Positions 7,272 to 15,946 of a DNA stretch of 64,000 nucleotides are shown here, piece by piece; positions within the stretch are counted from its first letter, which is position 1, and the number at the start of each line of letters is the position of its first letter. The notes under the pieces are model-generated. The model did no database searches, was not told the origin of the DNA, and was given only the letters and a program-made list of their open reading frames with translations. Position numbers and translations under genes: made by a program. The DNA is from Gammaproteobacteria bacterium (GTDB lineage Bacteria > Pseudomonadota > Gammaproteobacteria > Steroidobacterales > Steroidobacteraceae), in NCBI GenBank assembly GCA_027324195.1, contig DAHVTM010000013.1:6950-70949 (forward strand), read 5' to 3'.

Positions 7272-8813
7272 TTACCTGTCGTCCTTACGAGGCTCGGCCT
7301 GCGCCTTGGCGGCAGCCCGCGCCGCAGCGACGGCGGCCTCGGTCGCAGGATCCTTCAAGGCCTCTGGAGGCAGGAGGCCCACATCGACGAAGGAGGATTT
7401 TATCGAACGCGACCGCAATCCCCGACCGGCGATTGCGCGCAGACGCTCCTCATCGATACCGATCGTCCGAAGCAGAAGGAGGTGATAGAGATTTGATAGC
7501 GCCGCGCTCTTCTTGTGGAGATCTTCCAGCTCATTGTCGTAGTTGCCCTCGTGGCGCCGACCTCCGTAGTGGGAGATTTCGTTCCGTTTGTCGGCACACG
7601 CTTTCGCGAACGCACGCAACTTGGTTTGGTCTAGATCAAGCGGCAACGGCTCCAGGATCTCAAAAATGCGTTGCTCAAGCGAGGGCTCGCCGGCGTGTTG
7701 GAGCTGTCGTTTCAACCATTGCTTGTCTTTCCCCTTTTCCATCCGACCCAGAATTCGGTGGATTTTTTCTTGTAGCTTATCCGAGCCTCGCGCCGGTTCT
7801 GCGCGGCGGCGATGCAACGACTCGAGCCCCCACATGAGCATGATGAATCGGTGCTCTTCATAGAGCGAGACGCTGCGCCGTGTACCCAGGTACAGGTACA
7901 CGCCGGGACCCCACTCCTCCCGGCGACGCCGCCAAGTGGAAAAGAGTTCGCCGAATTTGTCTTGCGCGTGGGGAAAGTTAACCCACCATTTATGAGGCCC
8001 AGGAGGTTCTTTCTCGCGGCTCGGATGCCTCGCGAAGTAGAGCTGAAAGGTCTGAGCCTGGCCTCCCTTCCCACAGGTTAATGTCGGCCAATCCAAGTTG
8101 TAGTCGGATCCGGTCAACAAAATGAACAGATCAGCGAAGAGCACAAACTGTGCCTGCATTTCAGCCAGCGAAAGCGCGCGCTTTGGAGTCAACTCAATTT
8201 CAGCATATTCCGTCAATGTCAGGCTTGGGCCGCGGTGCTTACCGAGGTAAGGGCCCATCACGCCGAAGACGATTTGCAGTTCTCCATCCTCAAGCGGGTA
8301 GACGAGTCTATCCGGTACGCTATAGCCCGCAGTAATCGTTGATTCCGTCCGTTCGGTAGTTATACCGCGCAACCACAGCCACTCCTCGAACCCTTTCAGG
8401 TCCACGGTCAGCCGTTGGAATTCCAGGGGTTGCGGCAAGTCACGAAAGGGGCCCTGACCCAATAGACACTGGAGTGCCGAATATCGCTCAAAGGAGATGC
8501 CATTAGACTTGAACTGCCCGCCGGCGCGATTCACTCCCGACAGGCGCACTGTCTTGTTGCTGCCCTTCAAGATCCCATGGATGCCCTTGCCCTCCGGCAG
8601 GGGCGCGGAGTTTCCAAAGGCCGACAGAGGTCCAAGTTCACTGGGAAGCACTCCCTCAAGTTCGAGACGAGCATGGCCATCCTCATCTATGCTCAGTTTC
8701 CCCACGACAGCGGTCTCGGGTGCAAAGTGACCCGAAGGAACGGGAGTATCGCCCCACCAGAAGTAGCCCGTTTCCTCGACCAACCTTGGGTTTACGCGGT
8801 CGTCCTTGGCCAT
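7272..8813 (-). CDS. ApeA-like HEPN-domain protein (putative RNase defence effector)
   Basis: 513 aa from ATG 8813 (the track start 8828 is TTG). The C-terminal helical domain carries an Rx4H HEPN motif, ADKRNEISHYGG (R415..H420 in track numbering; nt 7569-7586), preceded by EHRFIMLMWGLESLH. The large N-terminal beta-rich domain (GYFWWGD...GKLSIDEDGHARLELEGVL) is arranged like the ApeA N-terminal domain. Confidence 0.6.
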   Translation of the reverse strand: MAKDDRVNPRLVEETGYFWWGDTPVPSGHFAPETAVVGKLSIDEDGHARLELEGVLPSELGPLSAFGNSAPLPEGKGIHGILKGSNKTVRLSGVNRAGGQFKSNGISFERYSALQCLLGQGPFRDLPQPLEFQRLTVDLKGFEEWLWLRGITTERTESTITAGYSVPDRLVYPLEDGELQIVFGVMGPYLGKHRGPSLTLTEYAEIELTPKRALSLAEMQAQFVLFADLFILLTGSDYNLDWPTLTCGKGGQAQTFQLYFARHPSREKEPPGPHKWWVNFPHAQDKFGELFSTWRRRREEWGPGVYLYLGTRRSVSLYEEHRFIMLMWGLESLHRRRAEPARGSDKLQEKIHRILGRMEKGKDKQWLKRQLQHAGEPSLEQRIFEILEPLPLDLDQTKLRAFAKACADKRNEISHYGGRRHEGNYDNELEDLHKKSAALSNLYHLLLLRTIGIDEERLRAIAGRGLRSRSIKSSFVDVGLLPPEALKDPATEAAVAAARAAAKAQAEPRKDDR

Positions 8814-8861
8814 CTCACAGGCCCGCAAGCGATTCGGCGGGATTCAATGGGCTGCCGCGGC

Positions 8862-9110
8862 TCACGGAATTTCGCGGACATTGAATCGGCGCCGCGCCTC
8901 TTCGAGCAGCGGCCGCAGGTGTTGGTTGACGAGTACGCTATCGCTGCGGCCGTAATTGATGATGAGGTCGCGCGACCAATTGCAGCCATCTTCGTCCGGC
9001 TCTAGCATTTCGTATTGCACCGTCGCCCGTGCCTCCTCGCATCCCTTGTGCTTATGAAGCTCCTGGTTGAGCCAATCGCTTATTTCCGCGCGCGTCTTGA
9101 ATTGCCGCAT
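8862..9110 (-). CDS. Small hypothetical protein (82 aa), first gene of the HEPN/DUF2971 cassette
   Basis: ATG 9110. Its stop lies 48 bp upstream of the HEPN ATG on the same strand. I recognise no family. Confidence 0.4.
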   Translation of the reverse strand: MRQFKTRAEISDWLNQELHKHKGCEEARATVQYEMLEPDEDGCNWSRDLIINYGRSDSVLVNQHLRPLLEEARRRFNVREIP

Positions 9111-9178
9111 GAAGTTTCCGCTTCGAAGCCTTTACCCTCGCGGAGGCCTGATCCCCACACTGCTACTATACTCCCTCG

Positions 9179-9769
9179 ATGGCAATCAGTCTTATGCGGC
9201 GGATGCTCTACATCCCCATCCTTCATACGGATACGAACCTGATCAATTCCCGTCAGAGGCTTCCGGCCGTGAATACTCTGGAGAAGTGGTGCGCCGATGG
9301 GGTCATCCTGGTTAACATGGCTGGGACCGCGCGCGCAGAAGCGCTCGCCGGAGGCGACACCAGACGGACACAGAAGGCCAATCGGCAAATTTTCACGATG
9401 ACGGCACCCGCCCCTACGGACACTCCTCGGTTCAAAGCTATCGAGTCGCTGCTATTCCCAGGCGGTGTGAGGGATGAGAATCAGCGGAACGATGTGCGGA
9501 TCGTATCCGACGCGATTCACTATGCGGCGATCCTGGTTACAAACGACGGAGGGTCGCGATCCCAGCCTGGCGGCATACTGGGAAATCGAGACGCACTGAC
9601 ACATCGATTCGGTGTCCGAATCTTATCCGCCGACGAGGCGGTCGATTTCGTGCGATCAAAGATAGGCAAACGAGACGACTTAAATCGCCAGGTTGTGCGG
9701 GAGTTCGGTGGCACACTGCCTTATTGGACGGCAACGGACTATGCGGAAGTGAACCCAGCGAGGAACTGA
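9179..9769 (+). CDS. PIN-like domain protein (putative nuclease), orphan
   Basis: 196 aa. The N-terminal ILHTDTNLIN and the late NDVRIVSDAIHYAAILVTNDGG resemble the first and last acidic motifs of PIN-fold proteins. No adjacent antitoxin-sized partner lies on the same strand. Confidence 0.35.
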   Translation: MAISLMRRMLYIPILHTDTNLINSRQRLPAVNTLEKWCADGVILVNMAGTARAEALAGGDTRRTQKANRQIFTMTAPAPTDTPRFKAIESLLFPGGVRDENQRNDVRIVSDAIHYAAILVTNDGGSRSQPGGILGNRDALTHRFGVRILSADEAVDFVRSKIGKRDDLNRQVVREFGGTLPYWTATDYAEVNPARN

Positions 9770-9839
9770 AAGCTGTGGTCCGGCCGGGGCCGGGACCCCT
9801 TCATTCACCTTGAGGCAAACGTCTCATCAGCCTGTTGGC

Positions 9840-10835
9840 CTACCGATGAATTGGTTCAGTGCATTGCCGCGCGTTGCGTGCTCCAGTTGTCAATGCGTTC
9901 GCGATCAGCTCACGTTCCGTGAGAGGCGGGGGAGCTCGACTAACAAACTGTTGGAGTTGCGCGGCCAGTTCGACTTGACCTTGTGCCGTGAGAATTTCGC
10001 TGGCCGCATGCCCTCCTCGTTCCACCTGCCTTCGTGTCTCGGTCAGTTTGCTCTTGCCCGGCTCACGACGGGGTCCACCCTTTAGCAGCTCCGCGGCAAC
10101 TGACTCAGTACGGGCTCGAAGAAAAGTTGATTTACCTCGGAGCCCTGCACGATAAATGCCATCCTTCTTCGCCTGACGGGTCTCTCCCCTTACCGCCCGT
10201 TCCGTCGCATTAGCCTCGACCCCGAGAGCTCGCAGGTTCTGTGCAAATTCTTGCCGCCAGTGGCGCAGTGTCTGTTTGCGGATGTGCAGGCGTACACCCT
10301 GCTCACTGACCGCCTTCAACACCATATGCACATGCGGGTGGGGCTCGTCGGTATGGAGAACCATGGCATAGCGGTGTTTGAGTCCGAACTCCTCCCTAGC
10401 GAGGTTCTTCACGGCGGCCAACACCTTGTCCGGCGGCGTTCCGGCTGGCATAGAGAAGAGCAGTTTATGTACGAGCTTCTTGGAGCCGCCTTGCCGGGCG
10501 CTAAGGTCCGATCGATTCCGACGTGCCTCCAGCTCGAGATCCCAATCCTCTATGAGTTCCTTAGTAGCGTTTTGACCCGATAGCTGTCTGCCGTCATCCG
10601 TCTCGACTTCCCGCTCACCATCGTCTCGGTCACGCAGGTAGTCGATATGCCGCCCCACGGCCTTCAGATCCTGACCGCCGCGGCTTAAGACCTTCACCAT
10701 GACTTCCGGGACCCGTCGGACCGTGCGGGAGATCTGCGCGATCTCCCCCGGCGACAGACGATCGCGACGACCCGGACCAAGGCGAGCGTAGCTGGCCAAG
10801 TCAAATAGCGGCTCGCCATATTGTGGGCTAGCCAT
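9840..10835 (-). CDS. Relaxase/mobilization nuclease (VirD2/MOBP-like)
   Basis: 331 aa. The histidine triad is VLHTDEPHPHVHMV. The N-terminal candidate catalytic Tyr is in GRHIDYLRDR. It overlaps the mobC stop by 8 nt. Confidence 0.75.
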   Translation of the reverse strand: MASPQYGEPLFDLASYARLGPGRRDRLSPGEIAQISRTVRRVPEVMVKVLSRGGQDLKAVGRHIDYLRDRDDGEREVETDDGRQLSGQNATKELIEDWDLELEARRNRSDLSARQGGSKKLVHKLLFSMPAGTPPDKVLAAVKNLAREEFGLKHRYAMVLHTDEPHPHVHMVLKAVSEQGVRLHIRKQTLRHWRQEFAQNLRALGVEANATERAVRGETRQAKKDGIYRAGLRGKSTFLRARTESVAAELLKGGPRREPGKSKLTETRRQVERGGHAASEILTAQGQVELAAQLQQFVSRAPPPLTERELIANALTTGARNARQCTEPIHR

Positions 10836-11367
10836 AGCCTTGCTCCCAGGACTTCAGATTCGCGGCGAGTAGGTTCCTTACATGGTCTCGAAGGCCCTCG
10901 CAGACCTTCAGGATTGCTCGTAGCTCATCGCGATTGGGCCCTGTCGCGCGTTCGCCGCGATTGGCGGCGTGGGCGATCTGGTTGACGTTACGGCCGATAG
11001 CTCCGAGTTCCGCCAGCGTTCTCTTGAGCGCCAGAAGCTCCTCCTTAGGCAGCGGGGCCAGGGTCCTTAGATGCGCTCGTGTCAACACTGACACATATGT
11101 CGCCGCTGGCATTCCGCGAGCGGCTGCCCGCTCGCGCAGGAGCGACTGATCAACCGGATGTAAGCGCACGGTTAGCCGTGAGTCCCGTGCAGGTCGACCC
11201 CCTCCGGGCAGTGGGGCCGTTTGACCGCCACTGGCGGTCTGCAACATGAGATCGACGAGCCGCTTCAGCAACGCGGAATCCGACAAACCCTGATGGCGCG
11301 CGACAGCCGCGAAACGCTCTTTCGTGTCGCGAGTAACCCAAGTCTTGAGTTGTGTGCCGTCGCTCAT
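10828..11367 (-). CDS. mobC: MobC-family relaxosome accessory protein
   Basis: 179 aa from ATG 11367 (the track start 11388 is TTG). RHH-like N-terminus KTWVTRDTKERFAAVARHQGLSDSALLKRLV. C-terminal MobC block LKRTLAELGAIGRNVNQIAHAANRG. Confidence 0.7.
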   Translation of the reverse strand: MSDGTQLKTWVTRDTKERFAAVARHQGLSDSALLKRLVDLMLQTASGGQTAPLPGGGRPARDSRLTVRLHPVDQSLLRERAAARGMPAATYVSVLTRAHLRTLAPLPKEELLALKRTLAELGAIGRNVNQIAHAANRGERATGPNRDELRAILKVCEGLRDHVRNLLAANLKSWEQGYG

Positions 11368-11404
11368 CGTGAGCGACAGTTGTACCAAAGAGCCGCCGCC
11401 AGGC

Positions 11405-11436
11405 TATCCTGCATTTCACCGAAAATTCGGCGAAAC
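11405..11436 (+). promoter_or_regulatory. Candidate oriT core: TATCCTG/C nic-like motif abutting palindrome copy 2 (ATTTCACCGAAAATTCGGCGAAAC)
   Basis: TATCCTGC at 11405-11412 matches the MOBP/VirD2 nick consensus YATCCTG|Y (RP4 oriT, T-DNA borders). The palindrome at 11413-11436 follows immediately. The location is just upstream of mobC-relaxase. Confidence 0.35.
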
Positions 11437-11915
11437 TGCGTTGTGCCCTGCGGTTATCGTAAGCCAGCTACGACCATTCTCGGCAACAGCACCGGGGTCT
11501 CACTCGCCATAGCGCCCGCCATGGCCTGCCTGCCCAGGTGGCGATCCGGACGTGGAAAGACGGAGGTCATGTGCGAGGTTGCTCAGCGCGGGCATCAATT
11601 CCGGGCTCTTTCCGTGGCGCTCAGGTCCGGTAGCACCTTTACCGCCGAGGACACGCTGTTCGTGCGGGACAGTCGGTCTAGCAAGTGGTGGATGAGTTCG
11701 CGAAGCGGCCCTATTACGCTGCCACGGCCCTGGCGGAGTTCAGGTCCGCTACCCAGGATTACCGCTGAGCATCAACTGGATAGGCAGCTCCAGTGACCGG
11801 CACCGCACGCTCCGCGGTGCCTCCGATATCCCCGAGTCGAACATCCCATGCGACCACATCGCCCGTCCAAGGTCATTTGGAAGCCCCAGGTGCCGTGGAT
11901 AGCAGCGAACCGCCA

Positions 11916-12143
11916 TCAGCCGTCCAGCGCGCCCTGGAACAGCTCCGCCGGGTCGGCGCCGAGCGCCTTCGCAATAGCAATGAATTCCGCCACATCCACA
12001 CGCCGTTCCAGAGATTCGATCCGCTGGATCCAGTTCGGCGGCTGCTGAAGCCTTTCCGAGAGCTGCCGCTGGGAAAGCCCCGCCCTTTCTCGCGCCTTGC
12101 GAACCGCGGCGGCGACTGCCCTTTGGCGGGCGGAATACTTCAT
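11916..12143 (-). CDS. XRE-family HTH transcriptional regulator
   Basis: 75 aa; RERAGLSQRQLSERLQQPPNWIQRIESLERRVDVAEFIAIAKALG is a Cro/C1-type HTH. Confidence 0.75.
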   Translation of the reverse strand: MKYSARQRAVAAAVRKARERAGLSQRQLSERLQQPPNWIQRIESLERRVDVAEFIAIAKALGADPAELFQGALDG

Positions 12144-12180
12144 AGCACCCTCGACGACCGAACGAGGTGCTCCTAATACC

Positions 12181-12249
12181 GTATCAACCCTATTGATACG
12201 AAATCCGTATCAGGGTATGGTCCTCTGCACTGATACTATTTTCGTATCA
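12181..12249. promoter_or_regulatory. Operator array: five GTATCA/TGATAC hexamers in the divergent XRE intergenic region
   Basis: GTATCAA-cccta-TTGATAC (12181-12199), GTATCA (12207-12212), TGATAC-tattttc-GTATCA (12231-12249). The region is AT-rich and lies between the XRE gene (-) and ORF 12264 (+). Confidence 0.55.
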
Positions 12250-12263
12250 CTGGGACGACGGTA

Positions 12264-12590
12264 ATGAGTACCGGCATCAAAGGCCAGATGACGCTGTCGA
12301 CGCCGAAGTCTCGGCGGCGAACTGCGCGGTCGCATCGCCTGCAAGAGGCGTACACCAAAGGTTCTGCGGGAACGGCTCATACGGCTCTATTGCGTCTTCT
12401 CGGCGAGCTGTCTGATGCGATTTCTCTGGTGACTGTCGTGCACCACTCGTTGGCAAGCCGCGATGCGTCCGGCGTCGGGGACGATGAAGTCGCTCTTCGC
12501 TACGCGCTCAATTTGCTTCGCGCTGCGTACACCGGTCTCGATTCAGCCTGCGACGACTCGAAACTCCGAAGCTCCTCTTCGATGCGATGA
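12264..12590 (+). CDS. Hypothetical protein (108 aa), translationally coupled to the ECF sigma gene
   Basis: ATG 12264. Its stop overlaps the sigma ATG (ATGA at 12587-12590). I recognise no family. Confidence 0.4.
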   Translation: MSTGIKGQMTLSTPKSRRRTARSHRLQEAYTKGSAGTAHTALLRLLGELSDAISLVTVVHHSLASRDASGVGDDEVALRYALNLLRAAYTGLDSACDDSKLRSSSSMR

Positions 12591-13219
12591 ACAGCACATC
12601 GGTCACAGAGCACTTTATGAGCTCAAACGGAGAACCCGGCCCCATGAGTGCACGCACAAGCAATCGGCGCGACGAAATTCCTGCACCAATCAGGCTCAAG
12701 GAGAAGCCGTCGATTTCACCAAACGGCAGCACCCGCTCTGGAGCGCTAGCGAACGTAGCACGTCGACAGCACGGACCCCTTCTGCGCTTTCTCGCGAGGC
12801 GCGCCGGTTCAATGAACGAAGCAGAAGACATCATCCAAGAAGCCTACGTTCGAATCCTCTCGGTTGAGCGTCGCGAGACAATCCAATCGCTGGACCGGTA
12901 CCTCTGGCGAAGTGCGATGAACGTCGCCGCAGATCGGGCACGCAGTCGACAAACGCGGCGCCGGCTTGCAGAGATTCATTCGGCCTTCCAGGAACAGTTC
13001 GCCCCATCTGCCGAAATCACGGCGGAAGCGCAAGAGGATCTGGCGCTCGTCTGCCGGACCGTGCAGCAAATGCCGCCAAAGTGCTACGAGGCATTCATGC
13101 TTCGCATCGTGCACGGCATGCCATTCGAGGATGTGGGACGCGAGATGAAAATAAGTTCGCGCATGGCCAAAATATACGTCTCGAGGACGCTCCGGTTTCT
13201 CCAGGAAAAGTTACATTAG
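12587..13219 (+). CDS. ECF (sigma-70 family, group 4) RNA polymerase sigma factor
   Basis: Region 2 reads AEDIIQEAYVRIL...LDRYLWRSAMNVAADRAR. Region 4 HTH reads MPPKCYEAFMLRIVHGMPFEDVGREMKISSRMAKIYVSRTLRFL. A ~60-aa N-terminal extension makes the start uncertain. Confidence 0.75.
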   Translation: MNSTSVTEHFMSSNGEPGPMSARTSNRRDEIPAPIRLKEKPSISPNGSTRSGALANVARRQHGPLLRFLARRAGSMNEAEDIIQEAYVRILSVERRETIQSLDRYLWRSAMNVAADRARSRQTRRRLAEIHSAFQEQFAPSAEITAEAQEDLALVCRTVQQMPPKCYEAFMLRIVHGMPFEDVGREMKISSRMAKIYVSRTLRFLQEKLH

Positions 13220-13823
13220 CCGTCAATTCGACGACCAAAGGCATACGTCCATGGCGGACGCCGCGAGAGTAGTCATATCTCACCCATTTGTTACAGGCAA
13301 TGGTCGGTACTCGATTCCGCTGCGGTAGACGGCACGACGGATGATTGAGATTGACCAAGACTGCAAGATGAACATTACGCGGTCATGTCCCGACTGCATA
13401 TCCGCGCTTCCACTGTGTGACACCTGGTTTCAATTGCGATTGAATCGACAAATGTACAGGGCGTAGCCACGGATAGGGATCGCGGCAGACTTATCTTCGA
13501 TCACGCATTGGCCACAGCTGACGGCCGGCTGGTTACCGAGAGTCAGCATGCACGGAAGATGAGCGCTGGCTGTCCGGATTGCCCCTTGTCGCCGTGAATG
13601 TCCTGTTTGACCTCAAACGGGCGGCCAGAAGGATCCAGTCCCGGCGCGACTGCGGAAGCACCTAATCCGGTGCTCGCGAGAATACAGATGCTCATGGAAC
13701 CCTCTAGATCCCACGGACTCGTGGTCACGGACGGCTCACCTATTCTTACAGCCATACTCGTGCTATCGTTCCTGCGAGCTGATAGCGTCAGCTCGTCGCG
13801 CCCAATCGGAAAACAATAACTCT

Positions 13824-14354
13824 GTGACCACGATCACCGTTCGCTATAAGACATCGGACTTTCTGCGCTTAGCGTTGCGCACGGCACCGCGCAGTGCCGC
13901 TCTAAAGTGGGCGATGCTTGGGGTTGCAGCAGTGGTTTTCGCAACGAATTGCTATCAAAGCAAAGCGCCCTGGGAACCGGCTACGTTGATCTCGAACCTC
14001 ATCACAACAGCCTTGTTTTCGATTGTGTACTTGCCGATTATGGCGGGACTGGCTGTACTAATTTGGGCACTTAGGAATCGCAGGAGCGCCTTCGGAACAG
14101 AACCCCAATGCTATTCGATTACTGACGGCGGCTTGACGCGACAATCGCCGTCATCGGAGACGCTGATTAAATGGAGCGCAATGCGGTCCTTGCGCAAGAG
14201 CAGAAAGTCTATCTATGTGGAGACTTATCCATTGTGTTATGTAGTTCTGCCGCGCCGCTCATTTGCAAGCGCTGAAGAATACGAATCTGCCTGGAATAGC
14301 TTACAGGAGCATGTACTTTCCAGCCGCTCCTTGAGCGGTCAGGAGCGGTCGTGA
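13824..14354 (+). CDS. YcxB-like membrane protein
   Basis: 176 aa, GTG start. It has two central TM helices followed by CYSITDGGL...IKWSAMRSL...YVVLPRRSFASAEEYESAW, the YcxB-type C-terminal pattern. Confidence 0.45.
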   Translation: MTTITVRYKTSDFLRLALRTAPRSAALKWAMLGVAAVVFATNCYQSKAPWEPATLISNLITTALFSIVYLPIMAGLAVLIWALRNRRSAFGTEPQCYSITDGGLTRQSPSSETLIKWSAMRSLRKSRKSIYVETYPLCYVVLPRRSFASAEEYESAWNSLQEHVLSSRSLSGQERS

Positions 14355-15277
14355 ATCACGCACCGATTGCCTGGCCGATTGGCGTCGTTGCCGGATTGCT
14401 TGCCGTCGCATTCACCAACCCCGTATTGGCTGCGACAGATACGGCGGCAGCTCATTGCTTTCCCGTAATCCATGGGCGAGTCCGCTATACGTCGAGTCTT
14501 GTGCCGGGCTGGTCCCGCGATGCAAAACAGTCGCACACACTCGGAATCGCCGCGCTCTTTCATCGCACAGGCGATGAGCGCCGCAATCAGTCGATGATCA
14601 CCTTGGATGCCGCACAGCACTTTCCATGGCTCAACGTTTCGACGTTGGTTTCGCAGAATGTTGCCGGAGTTCGCAAGACACACCCAGATGCGCGAATTGA
14701 GGCAATGTCATTACCGCCTGGATTATCGGCGCGGGGCGTCATTGTGTCGTATCGCGGACTCTGGCAGACGCTGGTGGCTCGTCAACTGGGCAAGATCATC
14801 GTGCTGACGACGCTCCAGTGCGGGAACTCCGCTCAGTGTGCACCTCTGGTCCGGTATTTTTTGAGTTTTCTGTCGAGCATGAAGTACACATCACCGAGTC
14901 CAGATGCTCGGACTGCGGAAGCGAAACAGAACGCCGTTCATTCCGGAATTGTCTACGGCCAGCACTGGAAAATATTGTTTTCGAAGATGCCGTGGATGCC
15001 AGACACTACCCTTGCGAATCGGCTTGGCGTCAACGAGATCTTTTACCCGTCGGACTGGGACCCCCACGCGCTCGCTCCGTTCATTAGCCTCGCGTACGAT
15101 AAGAAGACCAGCAGATGGAATCTCAGGCGTGCGATTGCGTGGGACGTGGCCCGCTCACGGAAGCATGGAGACGTCGTGACTTCGGTGCCTCCGCTGAGCT
15201 GGCATGGAGGACACGCTGCGTTGAGGATATTCAGCTACAAGGGCGGGTGGGACGAGGTCGTCTACTCCGATGGCTGA
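14351..15277 (+). CDS. Secreted hypothetical protein (signal peptide)
   Basis: 308 aa. The GTG start overlaps the upstream stop (GTGA). The N-terminal segment IAWPIGVVAGLLAVAFTNPVLAA is signal-peptide-like. I recognise no family. Confidence 0.45.
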   Translation: MNHAPIAWPIGVVAGLLAVAFTNPVLAATDTAAAHCFPVIHGRVRYTSSLVPGWSRDAKQSHTLGIAALFHRTGDERRNQSMITLDAAQHFPWLNVSTLVSQNVAGVRKTHPDARIEAMSLPPGLSARGVIVSYRGLWQTLVARQLGKIIVLTTLQCGNSAQCAPLVRYFLSFLSSMKYTSPSPDARTAEAKQNAVHSGIVYGQHWKILFSKMPWMPDTTLANRLGVNEIFYPSDWDPHALAPFISLAYDKKTSRWNLRRAIAWDVARSRKHGDVVTSVPPLSWHGGHAALRIFSYKGGWDEVVYSDG

Positions 15278-15488
15278 AAAGTGATTTTCTACGTTACCCT
15301 GCACTGCAATGATGCCAGTCAGTGCAAGGCATATCAGCCGCTCTTGAAGCCCTTCGTGCAGAGCCTGAGCTTTGTGCACGCGTCAGTCACGATCGAGAGC
15401 CCCAGCCAACGGTAGGATCGTCCGAGACTCTGTTAGGCCATTGCGCTCGCGGGAGAGCGCAAGTGAGCAGCGACTCCCCGGCAGCTCG

Positions 15489-15797
15489 TTAGCGCGCTAT
15501 GACGCCAAGAAGGGCGTGGTACGCAGACAGGAGCAATAGAACGCCAATTGAGAAGCCCAGCATACTCCAGAAGGGAAGCTGGGACAGGGCGCCTGAGAAT
15601 CTGAGGATCATCGCCGCCGCGATGCCGAGAATTCCGACGGCGGTTAGAACAAAGCTCACAACCGACTCGAGTGCGAGCAGGACGACCAGAATCGGCATGC
15701 GGACGAACAGCCAGAGGACTCGCAGGACACTCGCTGCACACCTTGGACGAGACGCTCGCGCGCGGTAATTCTCGAGGGGCAAGATCGCGGATTTCAT
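15489..15797 (-). CDS. Small membrane protein (about 3 TM)
   Basis: 102 aa from ATG 15797 (MKSAILPLENY...). It has three hydrophobic segments. The track ORF 15489..15911 is over-extended. Confidence 0.4.
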   Translation of the reverse strand: MKSAILPLENYRARASRPRCAASVLRVLWLFVRMPILVVLLALESVVSFVLTAVGILGIAAAMILRFSGALSQLPFWSMLGFSIGVLLLLSAYHALLGVIAR

Positions 15798-15946
15798 GGT
15801 CTTCCCTCTCAGACGACTGGCCACCAGAATCGTGAAACGGAAGTTGATCTGTGATGATCGAGTTGACCTGCGTTGAAGCGGTGATCCAGGACGTCCGGGT
15901 CTTCCTCTCATCTCTTTAACGCGGAATGTCCGCTCTCGCTCGCCGA

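Noticed and set aside
13368-13466. 32-aa Cys-containing ORF (MNITRSCPDCISALPLC...) downstream of the ECF sigma gene as a zinc anti-sigma factor
   Set aside because: It is too short, has no HxxxCxxC motif and no TM segment, and is not coupled to the sigma stop. The 70-aa minus ORF 13543..13755 (signal-peptide-like MSICILASTGLGASAVA) is likewise unsupported.
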